Shown: positions 35,420 to 46,369, numbered from the stretch's first letter. The stretch is 64,000 bases of DNA from an uncultured virus (IMG/VR IMGVR_UViG_3300035698_018097) (IMGVR_UViG_3300035698_018097), one strand, 5' to 3'. Notes: generated by a model from the sequence alone, not told the origin. Made by a program: numbers and translations.

Positions 35420-35991
35420 CTCAGGTTGAGTACGTAATTAGTAGGAAATTCTAAACCCAAGCTTTGATATTTCAAGAACACTTCCCAGGATTTGGAATAG
35501 CCATAGACTTTCAGATCAGGTCGTTTGTTCAGTAAATCGAACCAGAATTTCATATGGCGAACTGTCTTAAAATCACCATCGGTATAAAGTCGGACATCTA
35601 GATTAGCAGGTATTTCATTCCATGCATCTCGAATTTGGATTGATTCTGAATTGAGCAGAATTGTATTTTGAATTTGCCTATAGAAAGCTACTGGATATCT
35701 CCAAGCTTTCAAAGAGTAGCACCATTTTTCACATTTGCCCATTCCGGGACAATTCACCAGCGGTAAATTAGAAAAGGAATAAAAAGATAATTTAGCATTA
35801 CCTTTAGCAAAAATCGTGAATGGTGCTGGTCGATTAATATCTCGTAAGAAGGGAATAAATCGTTTAGCATGATAACCCCAGGATCTAAGTTTATCGGTTG
35901 GATAGGTTTCAAGTATATCAGCGACAGCATTATACTTTCCATTATCTGTAAGGTGTGCAATTTTTGTGGCAATATCACGGGTTAATTTCAT
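35155..35991 (-). CDS. Gp88-like Cys-rich phage protein
   Basis: GNAKL...CPGMGKCEKWCYS...VRLYTDGDF...YGYSK...CPGNC..C pattern. Confidence 0.65.
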   Translation of the reverse strand: MKLTRDIATKIAHLTDNGKYNAVADILETYPTDKLRSWGYHAKRFIPFLRDINRPAPFTIFAKGNAKLSFYSFSNLPLVNCPGMGKCEKWCYSLKAWRYPVAFYRQIQNTILLNSESIQIRDAWNEIPANLDVRLYTDGDFKTVRHMKFWFDLLNKRPDLKVYGYSKSWEVFLKYQSLGLEFPTNYVLNLSSGSKYDDNQLMKKQMEALPITRGDFVAVKVGKYQTPSTIREAARKIGLTQLFVCPGNCDKCLKVNDRNVHACGSRKLNNTNILIAIH

Positions 35992-37779
35992 ATAGAATTA
36001 CTTTACCATAATGTTATAAAAAGTCAATAAATAATTTCAAAAGTGGAAAATTAGAAATAATATGAATTGGACAGGTGGAAATCTGGAAATGCTTGCAAGG
36101 TGTCCGTAACGTTAGTATAGACCAGAAACTATAAAAAGTCAAGTTTTAAATTAAATTATTTTTGCTATGAATATAGCGCAGACGCCCCAGCCTTGCCTGA
36201 GCTCGTCACCCTTACTATGGCACCAGTATGGATATTTATTATAAAAAGTCAAGCTTTAAATCAACTTATTTTTCTATATTTGAAATTGTGTTTATTACTT
36301 TCAATTTGTCTTTGGCTTGTTTAATAGATTCTTTTAAATCAATTTCATTTAACCCACAATTTACATACCACCACAAATGAAAGTCAATTCCACAACGATG
36401 TCCGGTGAAATTATCTGCTTCTGATATGGCATCTTTAGCTTCTTGAATTAGTTCCTTATCGGGAGTTTTCATGATCGACTATCTCACAGAAACTATAAAA
36501 AGTCAAGTCTTTTTAAAATTTTATTTTGTTAAGGAATCGATATATTTATTACTTCTAATTTCATATTTTCTATTTTGTTTATTTTAAAAAATTGATTTCA
36601 TAACTTCATCATAGACAAATTCATAATCTTCATTAATTTTGTCAAGTTCTGATTCTGTAGCTTCGATACCATTAATATCACAGGAGAGGATATAGGCGTC
36701 ACAGAATTTGGGATAGTCAGACATATCTACGCCTTCTATTTCGATATTATCAATTTGAGAAGTATCAATCATATTAATATCCTGCTAACCAATGTAAGCA
36801 TCTCATTGTGTTTAGTTATATAGATTTGGTATAAAAAGTCAAGGATTAATTTATCATACCAGCGTATCTAACAACATCATTCTCGACATGATGTTTATCA
36901 CGGAACATGGCTGGTGCTCGATAATTATCCCATTCTGTGGGATCTGTGAACCGGACATTACTTGCCAGCAAAAGAATCACTTTTTCCCAGTATGGAGCAT
37001 CTGGTGCGAATCGACATTCCCATTCTTTTTCTGGAGAAAGATTTTCGATAATGGTAATCCATCCTTTATCGCCGTCAAATCCATTTTTTCGGGTTTCAAG
37101 AATCTTTACAAAACTGTAGAAAACATACTGATCACAGCTATCTCCTTCTGGTACTAAAGATCGTTTTCGCCAGATTTTACGGAAACGCCTGAGGGTTTCT
37201 GCGTCAGTTTTACAAGCTTTACAGGCTCGGACAAGTAAGGTTTCCCATACATCAAGTTTGTTATTATCGTTCATAGTATTTAAGTTAGAGGATTAAATTT
37301 AAAAGTCAAGGATTTTATTCCGCGGCGATACCAGCGAAGATATAATGACCATTAGGATGTTTGGCGCCCCAGCATTCTTTCCATTTTTCAGCATTATCAA
37401 ATGCTTTTTCTTCCCATACTTCTTGTCCTTCTTTCAAACCAAAGGCATCGATCGCGGAGAGAAGTTTTTCAGTTGTATCGATAACTCCGTTGGTAGTTGA
37501 GATCGTTGCATTATATGGATCATGGCCATAGTCATAAATAGCATCTTCAACTGCTGTTTTATATGCTTCGTTTATATTTTCGCCTCTTGCGGAGGTCTCG
37601 AAGGATGTTGCTCCCATAGTATTTTTCTATTTTAGTTGTTCGGTTACTAATTCATCCAGACAGTCTTCACAAATGCCATCATGTAAATAATCGATATGTC
37701 GATCTTCGTTACATTTGGAACATTTGCGGATATCTGTTTCGTTATTCATGGGTGTGACAGTATACTAGTCCTGCGGTAA

Positions 37780-37853
37780 AGTCAATAGAAAAATAAATTA
37801 AAAATTAAAAAGTTTTTCTTGACTTATTATAGCACTAGTATAGATTAGGAGTA
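37780..37853. promoter_or_regulatory. Back-to-back divergent promoters at the strand switch
   Basis: Minus-strand TTGACT (AGTCAA 37780-37785) with TATACT -10; plus-strand TTGACT at 37819 ahead of ATG 37853. Confidence 0.7.
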
Positions 37854-39116
37854 TGGACAACACATATAGTTTAGATTTTTTATGTTGGGTTGATCGTTGT
37901 TTAACCTCTGAGGACTTTAAGAAAGAGATGAGGGAACTAGATATTTCGGATCAATTTTTGTATCCTGTGGAATTGGTGCTGCGGAACCACGAAAAGCGTG
38001 GTGAGAATGTTTCTATTTTTCAAGTGTATAAGATGTTCCTTCTTGTTCCAGAATGTCGTAGTGCTATAAAGCATTTTTTAAATGTGAAATTAATAAAATA
38101 TATATCTTGACTTTTTAACTTTTAACCTGTATCTTAATAACCATGAACAAAATAGTAGGATTTAGAACAAAACCAGCACATGTAACGGATCGGTATTTCG
38201 GCCATTTAAAATTAAGTATTGATAAGAATATTCTTGCTGATATGGCTGACAAATTTGCTGGGAAACGCGGGATTACTTCTCGTTCCAGAAGATACAAATC
38301 TGCTACTTGGAAAAAAGTATGTTCGGCTATCAATCGGGTGGTTAATGGAATGATTCGTGAACAGATTGAAGGTGCTACTAAGGTGGTATTCAGTTATACA
38401 TGTGGTTGTGTCTGTGGTTGTTCTCCGGGATATATGGTATATGGTGAAAGCAATGATTTCCGCTGTAAGTGGGGTTGGTGTGATTTAGAATTTGACAAGG
38501 AAACCATTGAATCTTTTCAGAAACGCCTTGACGGTGAATGGGCGGAACACTATGAGAAAGTGAATACTGGAGAAGAAACAGTTTACAATGAACTGGTTCG
38601 GAAAGAAAAAGAGGAAGTGGAAAAGGAACGACGCGAACGCGAAGAGTATTGGGCGCGAATAGACAAAGAGAACAAAATGCGGGACTTAACTGATGTTGGT
38701 TACGCGGCCGGAATTTAGTTCTTGACATTTTAAATTTAATATAGAAAATACCATTATGAGCACACACGCTATTATTCGAGTTGAAGGATTAGAGGAAATT
38801 GAAGTTTACAAGCATTGGGATGGATATCCTGATTCAACGTTGCCTTGGTTAGAGAAATTTAATAAAGAGTTTTCTGAAAACCATGAACACTATCCAGACT
38901 ATAAATTGGCTCAGTTACTTCGGAGCAGTGAAAGGGATATGGCTGAGTTTCATTTAGATCCATCGCCATATACTGGATGGGGAATTTCTCTTGCTGGAGA
39001 ATATGATGCTCCTTATAGATATGTTTTAAAAGCTGATGGTTCGGTTACGGTTGGAAACAAATATTTTACAGAATAAGTATTGACAACTGAGGAATAATTT
39101 GATTGTATCACAATTG

Positions 39117-39258
39117 TATATTTGCTTGTAACATGTTGTGACGGTAATGACATGTGAATGCTAGGACGCAACCGCCGTATAGGCCAAGAGGGCCGACCCC
39201 TCCAATCCTTGGTAACTTTTCTAGAGAGAACCGTGGTAAAAGAAAAGTGGCAAATGTA
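39117..39258 (+). ncRNA. Putative multi-stem structured RNA upstream of tRNA-Arg
   Basis: Closing stem TATATTTGC/GCAAATGTA around hairpins CATGTT/GACATG, CCAAG-AGGG/CCCT-CTTGG and CTTTTCT/AGAAAAG; no convincing ORF; TTGACA at 39080. Confidence 0.55.
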
Positions 39259-39265
39259 TATTTAT

Positions 39266-39338
39266 GGGGGTATAGTTCAAAGGATTAGAACCAGTCCCTT
39301 CTAAGGACGAGATGTGGGTTCGAGTCCCGCTACCCCTA
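39266..39338 (+). tRNA. tRNA-Arg (anticodon UCU)
   Basis: Acceptor GGGGGTA/TACCCCT, anticodon loop CTTCTAA, T-arm GTGGG-TTCGAGT-CCCGC; no encoded CCA. Confidence 0.92.
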
Positions 39339-39435
39339 AATAAATCTCAAAATAGTTCTTGACTTATTATAGTAAACATATAAGTTCGGTGTAACTTAAA
39401 AAATTAATCAACAAAAAACCTGAAAGAAGAACAGA

Positions 39436-39606
39436 ATGGCAATGATTGACTGTGAGGAATGTGGAAACAAAGTTAGCACCAAGGCGAAAGTGTGTCCAAA
39501 TTGCGGAGCCCCTGGAAAGGGAGCGCCTATGACAGGTGAAGCAGTGGTTGGGTGGCTTGTGTTTCTGACGGTTTTGTTCATCTTGTCATCCTTTTTTATA
39601 ACTTAA
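39436..39606 (+). CDS. Zinc-ribbon membrane protein, copy 1 (56 aa)
   Basis: MAMIDCEECGNKVSTKAKVCPNCGAP plus hydrophobic tail. Confidence 0.75.
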   Translation: MAMIDCEECGNKVSTKAKVCPNCGAPGKGAPMTGEAVVGWLVFLTVLFILSSFFIT

Positions 39607-39636
39607 GAATTAAAACATTAAATATTAAAAAACAGA

Positions 39637-39822
39637 ATGGCAATGATCGACTGTAAGGAATGTGGAAACAAAGTTAGCAACAAGGCGAAAGAGTGTCCAA
39701 ATTGTGGAGCGCCTGTAACGAAACAGCTGTCGGGCGAAGGCGGATGCGTCATGGTGTTCTTGTTCTGCACGGTACTAGGTATTTTATTACCGATTATTGA
39801 ATCTCTTCTCGATAATTGGTAG
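39637..39822 (+). CDS. Zinc-ribbon membrane protein, copy 2
   Basis: MAMIDCKECGNKVSNKAKECPNCGAP plus hydrophobic tail. Confidence 0.8.
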   Translation: MAMIDCKECGNKVSNKAKECPNCGAPVTKQLSGEGGCVMVFLFCTVLGILLPIIESLLDNW

Positions 39823-42107
39823 CCTTTAATTGTAATCATGGGAACAAGACATCGTAGGAATTCAGCGGTAGGAATCGTAAAGACATTAAAAGATGCTTAT
39901 GGAGCTGCTTGGGGTCGTTTTACAAAGGAACAAAAGAGACATGAGTTCGATGACCAGTTGCGATTGTTAAGATCCATAAAAGTTCCAGCTAATGCGAAGA
40001 ATCCTTTTTTATAATTTAATTGTTGACTTTTTATAATAAATAGCCTTTAATAGAACCATGAAAGAAAACTATTCAGACAAATCAACTTGGCGCCGGAAAT
40101 ACATTGGTATTCGGAAGATGAGATGGGATATGCTTTGGCATGTTTTATTTGAGAAAAACGGAGAAGAAAGTTGGAATCGTGTTTCAAAAGAGGAAGCCTT
40201 AACGGTTGTTGAACAATTATGAACGAAACCAATATTGATATTGACCCTGAATTGTGTGCTCCTCATGTTCATTTGAATGGAACCGGAAAGGATTCATTGA
40301 TGAGAGAAGTGAATGAGGCGATAGATGCTCTACAAACGGCTGAAGATGTTGTTGGTAACATGACGGTTCATTCAAGAGATTATTACATTTTTCCAAATGG
40401 GCTTGAATATATTTGGCCTCTTGCTTGGACTCAAGCATGTGAGCGGTCTCGCAAACTTAAAAAATTGAGAGAAGAATTGGAGAATTACCGCCTTATGATC
40501 GCGGTTCAATAATAATGGCTTTCGTAAGATTTGATAATGACAGTGATGTTCATTGTTGGGAAGCTTATTCCGGTGGCTTTAAAATACTGGTGGCTGGAGC
40601 TAGGTGTGTTGTTGATGACAACGGCGATCTTCCCGAGGGATTGTCATTAGAAGAGCGGTCGGAATATTTTGTAAAGATTGGATTACCACATGATGAAGAG
40701 GAATTCAGTTATGATACTATTGAAGAAATGCTAGAACAACTTATACTTTTGCGTGATATGGGATATCTTGTCCCAGATTATGCTATTGAACGAATGGAAA
40801 CAGAAATTGAGAAACAGAAGAAAAACTTATGAATGACGCAATTATTAGTCCGTGGCTGGTTTACCTTATGGGAATCAGTGAGAATCTTGGCGTGATAGCC
40901 ATAGCAGTAGCAGTAATAACAGGTATCGCTGCTATTATTATATCCATTATTACAGGTGTAGCATCGGGTGAAAATAACAGATGTTATTTCGGATGGAAGA
41001 CAATGGGACCTGTAGCTGTTCTGGTTACGATAGCATTTACATCAATGTTATCATTTGCACTTATTCCGGAACCAAAGTGGATTGCAGCTGTGATTGTAGC
41101 CAATGAAACGACTCCAGCCAACATTGAAGCGGTAATTGAAGGTGGTAAAGACTTTAAAAATGAAATTAAGAATGACTTCATGGAAGTATTGGAATATATT
41201 ACAGGAGAAGAGTTGGTTCCAGATGCTATTAAGGAAGCGGCAGTAGAAGAATTAATTGACTAAACTGAAAATTAATTCTTGACATTTTAAATTAAATCCA
41301 TAATGTAGAAGTTATGAATGAAGTAGTTAAAATATTAATAAACCGTGATGGTCTGACAAAAGAAGAAGCCATTACTGAAGTCAATGACATGAGAGCTCGT
41401 GCTTATAGCGGGGAAGATCCTGAAGAAATTCTATATGAGATTGGGTTAGAACCTGATTACATTTGGGACATTTTATAAGGAACTATGATATTAGATATTT
41501 TAGATTCTATAGCCACCTTTGGTAAATCTTACTTCGGTCGCTTTGGCTCGTGGTGTTATCATCGCAAACGTAAACGGCTTTTTTTCAGCCTGTAAATATC
41601 TTGCTGCACAATATAGAAAGAATGGAATTTAATTCTTGACATTTTAAATTTAATATGAAAGTATAATATCATGAAAGAAAAAATTGAATTACGATCCGCC
41701 AAACAAGTCGAAATTGCTCAGCAACTGAAAATTAAACAGCTTGATAATGAGGTTCGTTTGACGGCAATAAAATGGATCAATAAAGTGGTAGTTCCTGCTA
41801 TTGACAAACATCTATTGACTGACAGCACTGCTACATATGTTACAGTAGATGTGTCAGATTCAGAGTTTTATAAAATCCACAGTAAAGCTAGTGAAATTTT
41901 AAGAAGTAATGGATATTCGGTTCGTGATGGAGAACCCAACACTTGGATTGTTGATTGGAAATCCGATCCCGAGGGTGTAAGTTCTTATGTGATGGTTCAC
42001 CCATTTCAATTAAAAAACTTTTAACCGGCCTCCATTTTTTAATTGACTTTTCGATACATACATATATATTTAAGAGTATAGTTCTTTTACAGTATAATAG
42101 ATATTTC

Positions 42108-42175
42108 GCGGATATGATGTAAGTAGCATGTGCTCTTTCCAGAGTAATGTCCAGTATCAAATCTAGGTATCCGCT
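42108..42175 (+). tRNA. Degenerate tRNA-Gly(UCC)-like element
   Basis: Perfect GCGGATA/TATCCGC acceptor stem with T discriminator; TGCTC/GAGTA stem around TTTCCA; short D-loop and non-canonical T-arm. Confidence 0.55.
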
Positions 42176-42572
42176 CACTTTTTATCTTTAAGAAGTCGTT
42201 TTCTCCAAATCAATTGAAGGTTTGTCTTTCTGTTTGACATAAGAGAAATTGTAAGAATACGGTGGAGAGATAAATTATAGTAAAACAGAAACAAAAGTCG
42301 TTTACGGGTCTGGGTAATAATGCCGTAATTCTTGGAACGATAATAGAAAGAGTCAGTGTAAATGTAATTGACTAAAGCATTACACTTAATGAGGGTCCGG
42401 CAGTAATCGACTTGTTATTGCCGTCAGGGTTTTTCAGGCACCATAAGAACTGAATGAGGGTAAATCAGACACCAAAATGAGTAAAATAACTGAGGGAGTT
42501 ATGACCAGAAGATCATAAGAAATAATGTAGGAATCATGGTTATTTACAGAATAAATGATTCTGAGAAAGTGA
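42175..42572 (+). ncRNA. Putative ~400-nt multi-hairpin, possibly pseudoknotted ncRNA
   Basis: No credible ORF; closing stem TCACTTT/AAAGTGA and at least six internal helices; bounded by promoter (42043) and terminator. Confidence 0.6.
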
Positions 42573-42612
42573 AAAAACCGGCTAAGTCCCACAATTTGGG
42601 TGTCGGTTTTTT
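42572..42612 (+). terminator. Intrinsic terminator
   Basis: AAAAAACCGGC...GTCGGTTTTTT. Confidence 0.75.
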
Positions 42613-43845
42613 CTTGCATTTTTATATTGACATTCTGAAATAATAATATAATCTAAGATATAACATGAGTAAAAGGTCCTTTATCCCTAAAACAGAATAT
42701 TATATACGAAAGAAGTTACGGAAGGCATTCCATGTAGGTAAGAGAATGGATCACGCAACTCGCTTTGAATTGAGAGACTGGAACTTAAAACAGATCCGTC
42801 TTGGTTTTGCTAAAGATGTAAGATACATGATTATTAAGAGTTCCACAGGTGAATTTCTTCTTAAGAAACGGCAAAAAAATTATCATGAGAAAACACAATA
42901 CTATGATGTCGATCAGATTGAGGAACGGAAGATTCGGGAGATTGGTGATGGAATCTCATTAGGTGCTGTAATGGCTTTCGTTGAATTATCGGATGCTAAA
43001 ATTTATATCCGAACCGCTGGGGGATACTCAACACAGAGCAATTATGACGAGGAAATTGAAGAACCTGATTTGAGTGATGAATTGGAAATCATTTTGAAAA
43101 GAGGGAAACCACTTCTTTTAAAGATGTTGGCTAAACGAATTCGGGTGCGGGGCGAACGGTTCACCGAGATTCCGCCTGATGATTGGGAAGAGCACAGTGA
43201 ATGTATTAAACGGCTCATTAGCCGCAGAAAGTTGGACATGAATGAAATCATTCGTGTATATTATGACGATGAGAACCCACGCTGGAGTTGTTATTGTGGG
43301 GTAAATAAAATAGGGCCGATCCGAAGATCTAAGGGATTATCGGCCGCGAAGAAAGAATTTTGGAAAGCATGCAAGGAGTATGTTTCCTATTAACAAAGAA
43401 AACATATGATAGAAGCAATAAAAGCATTTTTAATTGACACCGCACAATTCAGTTCCATGATGGGATTCTTTTTGTATTGGGTTCCGCTGGCACTTTGTGC
43501 TGGGGGATACACTTTCAGAACATTTAAGAATTTTCAGACAGATCGAACTAAACGAGCAGTGTATGAAAAATTACCGGAGCCGAAACCTATAATGTATTGT
43601 AAGGGACATTATTTACCTACGGATACATTTGCAGATTTAGTAATACGATTTTTTGCTATAATTCTTCCCGTTATTAATTTATGGGCATCAATCTTTGATG
43701 TGTTCCCATCATTTGCTAAGAGAGTATTTAAATGTATAGTGGATATATTTGAATTCTTGGATGATGTTCTCAGTAAACCATTAGTTCCCGAACGGACAAA
43801 GAAATAAAGTTTGACAAACTAAAAAAATAGAATAGGTTAAGTATT

Positions 43846-44292
43846 ATGAGCGAAGAAAAGAATTATTTGCAATTGGCTCCGAACTTTCGACTTTCGAGAA
43901 CGGACAAACTAAACTTGGAACTGGAAGAGTTTAAGGATGTAACTTCGAAGCCAAATCGATATATCAAGGAGACGCAGACGACTGCCAAATGGACAACGGT
44001 TGGCTTTTATGGTTGTCTTTCGGAAGCGGTAGCTGGGTGTCTCCGTCGTGGGGAACTGATCTTGACAGAACGTCAGAAAGGAACATTGAAGGATTTCTTG
44101 GCCGAACTCGCAATACATGCTGAAGATCTTCAGAAGGCGGTGTTGAACAGCGGTATCAAATCGACGGATTTTAAAATGGAGCCGGATAAACGCGGGCGGA
44201 AGCCTGGAACGGTGATGGTTGCTAAGGTTAAATCTGATGACACGCCGGTTAAACGAGGACGAGGTAGACCTCGTAAAGTAACTACAAAATAA
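43846..44292 (+). CDS. AT-hook-containing putative DNA-binding protein
   Basis: C-terminal KRGRKP and KRGRGRPRK. Confidence 0.6.
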   Translation: MSEEKNYLQLAPNFRLSRTDKLNLELEEFKDVTSKPNRYIKETQTTAKWTTVGFYGCLSEAVAGCLRRGELILTERQKGTLKDFLAELAIHAEDLQKAVLNSGIKSTDFKMEPDKRGRKPGTVMVAKVKSDDTPVKRGRGRPRKVTTK

Positions 44293-44312
44293 TTTTTATC
44301 ATAAACACATCC

Positions 44313-44369
44313 AAGGCGGCCGCTGGGCCATTTATATTTTTCATTCCCAGCGGCCGCCTTTTTCTTTTT
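44313..44369 (+). terminator. Strong intrinsic terminator
   Basis: 15-bp perfect stem AAGGCGGCCGCTGGG/CCCAGCGGCCGCCTT plus T run. Confidence 0.85.
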
Positions 44370-45946
44370 ATAAAATAAGTATTGACTTTTATAATTTAAT
44401 TGTTTATCTTTAGCACCATGAAAGTAACCAAGAAAGCTCGGCGAATATTCGTTAAGGAAAAGCTTCGAACTGATAAGAAGTGGGCTGCTAAAGGTTTGGT
44501 TAGGATCTTTCAGGAGAACCAAACGGAACAGGAGAAGGTTTACGAAGATACGATTGTTGAAAATGGTATTGGATTTACCGGTGCTGATGGAAACATCATG
44601 AGTTCTTTTGCTAAACAGTATATTAAAAGAAAATCCCTTTCCGATAAACAGTGGAAAATTGTTCAAAAGAAAATGCCCAAGTATTGGGGTCAGGTCATTG
44701 AGATGAGTGATAAACCACGACTTACAAAGATGGTCAGCGATCACCTTGATAACACTTCAACACAAACCGAATTAAAACTATAAAAAGTGTTTGACATTTT
44801 AAATTAAACCAGTAAAGTAGATATTATGATAACTAAAAGAGAAGTAAGTTTCCTATTCGCACTCATTCGATATTTTGAGCATTCCCCGGACAATGCCTCT
44901 GCTTTTATGGTGGATGGCGGATACCTTAGCTCTCGAGATCAACTTTTGGATTCTGATGAATGTGATGCACTTGTCGATAAGATTGTGGAGCTCGAGGAAG
45001 TTCCGGACGATGCAATTAGGATTAAGGCGAATGTTGGAAGCGAAGAAGCTGATATTAAGGAACTGTTTGAACGGTTGGGAAATGCTGAAAAGATCGTTGG
45101 TGAATACGACAACGCGGGTGCTGAATCATGAGATATACATTTAGAATTCTACGAGATAGTTTGGCGGACTTCACTTCTCTTTTAGAAGTGTTTGATTACA
45201 CAGGTATAAGCAAATATGTTGAAGTGGGCGAGAATTACATAGTAGTTGTCAGCATGCTATCTGAAGATATAAATATTTTCACAACGGAATTTGAAGAAAT
45301 GGGACGCTCAATTAAACTATTAAAAACCGAATAATGACAATTTATCAAGTAATAGAAGAATTGGAAAAGGCGGAGGAAAATGTTGGATATCCAGCGGATA
45401 AGGCTAAATACAATGGATCGAGAAGAATATCTTAGAATAACACACGAAGAAACGGGCTGGCCCATGGATGGTCCCGAAATGGGTGATGTTGCCAACCGAT
45501 ATGATGAAGGTGTTAAGGAACGAGAAGACAAGGAAAAGTTACATCGTTTAATTAAAGAATTAATTGATTTGGTTGGAGATCACGATCCACAGCATCCTCT
45601 TATGAAAACATTTGAAGAATGTCCCGAAGGTCATGAACTTATTTGTGGACATTGTGAAATTATCCATGAAGCTCGCAAATTTTTAAAATCTTTAATAAAA
45701 TGAGAATCCCACTTGAAATTACTTTGAAATATTCTGGTCATGCTGTTAGGGAATGGTCAGATCCGAAAGGCTTCATCAAGAAGCCGCCATTAAAGTTCTT
45801 TCGGTTTTATAACAAACATATAAGACAAGATGAGGAAACGATAAAGGCTATCTTCCCCTTTCTTCAGAATAAAAAGTTAAATTTAATTTTAATCATTGAC
45901 ATTGAATCAGGAACGGTTATAACTAATTATTTAAAGTTAAGAAACC

Positions 45947-46369
45947 GTGACTAAATTAGATTCAGATTTTTATCGTTACTCCGGAAAGGGAAAAGTAAGA
46001 TATAGCCAGCCACATTCTGACGGTGGTTCAGGATGGATTTTAATTGATTGTCCAGGTTCTATCACATTTTATTACAACCGAATTTTACGTTGGTTGTTGC
46101 ATACTCACAAAATATCATTACCGTTACATGGTGCTCACATTACGGTTGTTGCTGGTAAATACACAACAATTGACACAAACAAACACAAGTGGAATTGGCG
46201 CGATACGGAATGGGTTACATTTCATTATGGATCTTTACAGACCAATGACGAAGGATATTATTGGTTGCCGGTTTATTGTAAAGCAGCTGAAGAGATTCGG
46301 TTACACTATGGATTAACACCTACGCCAAAGTTCCAGTATCATTTGACGGTTGGTTACATGAACAATTAA
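45947..46369 (+). CDS. 2H phosphoesterase-fold protein
   Basis: Two HxT motifs (AHITVV, YHLTVG) in 140 aa. Confidence 0.65.
   Translation: MTKLDSDFYRYSGKGKVRYSQPHSDGGSGWILIDCPGSITFYYNRILRWLLHTHKISLPLHGAHITVVAGKYTTIDTNKHKWNWRDTEWVTFHYGSLQTNDEGYYWLPVYCKAAEEIRLHYGLTPTPKFQYHLTVGYMNN

Larger units (their letters stand above)
5126..37309. promoter_or_regulatory. Dispersed family of sigma70-like promoters, consensus TTGAC(T/A)TTTTATA
   Basis: Plus: 5126, 14378, 16918, 19135, 21264, 21682. Minus (TATAAAAAGTCAA) ending at 34510, 36027, 36142, 36252, 36506, 36842. Confidence 0.8.

Noticed and set aside
39181..39252. HDV-like (theta) ribozyme next to the tRNA
   Set aside because: It lies upstream rather than at the tRNA 3' end, and I could not build the nested double pseudoknot; kept only as an unassigned structured RNA.
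42175..42612. RNase P RNA, tmRNA or group I/II intron identity for the large RNA
   Set aside because: AAAACCGGCTAA loosely resembles the RNase P 3' motif, but it is part of the terminator and GAGGAAAGTCC is absent. I recognised no intron core motifs or tmRNA ends.
42434..42619. 61-aa minus-strand ORF across the putative ncRNA
   Set aside because: Starts inside the terminator hairpin, has no promoter in the usual position and has no protein-like features.
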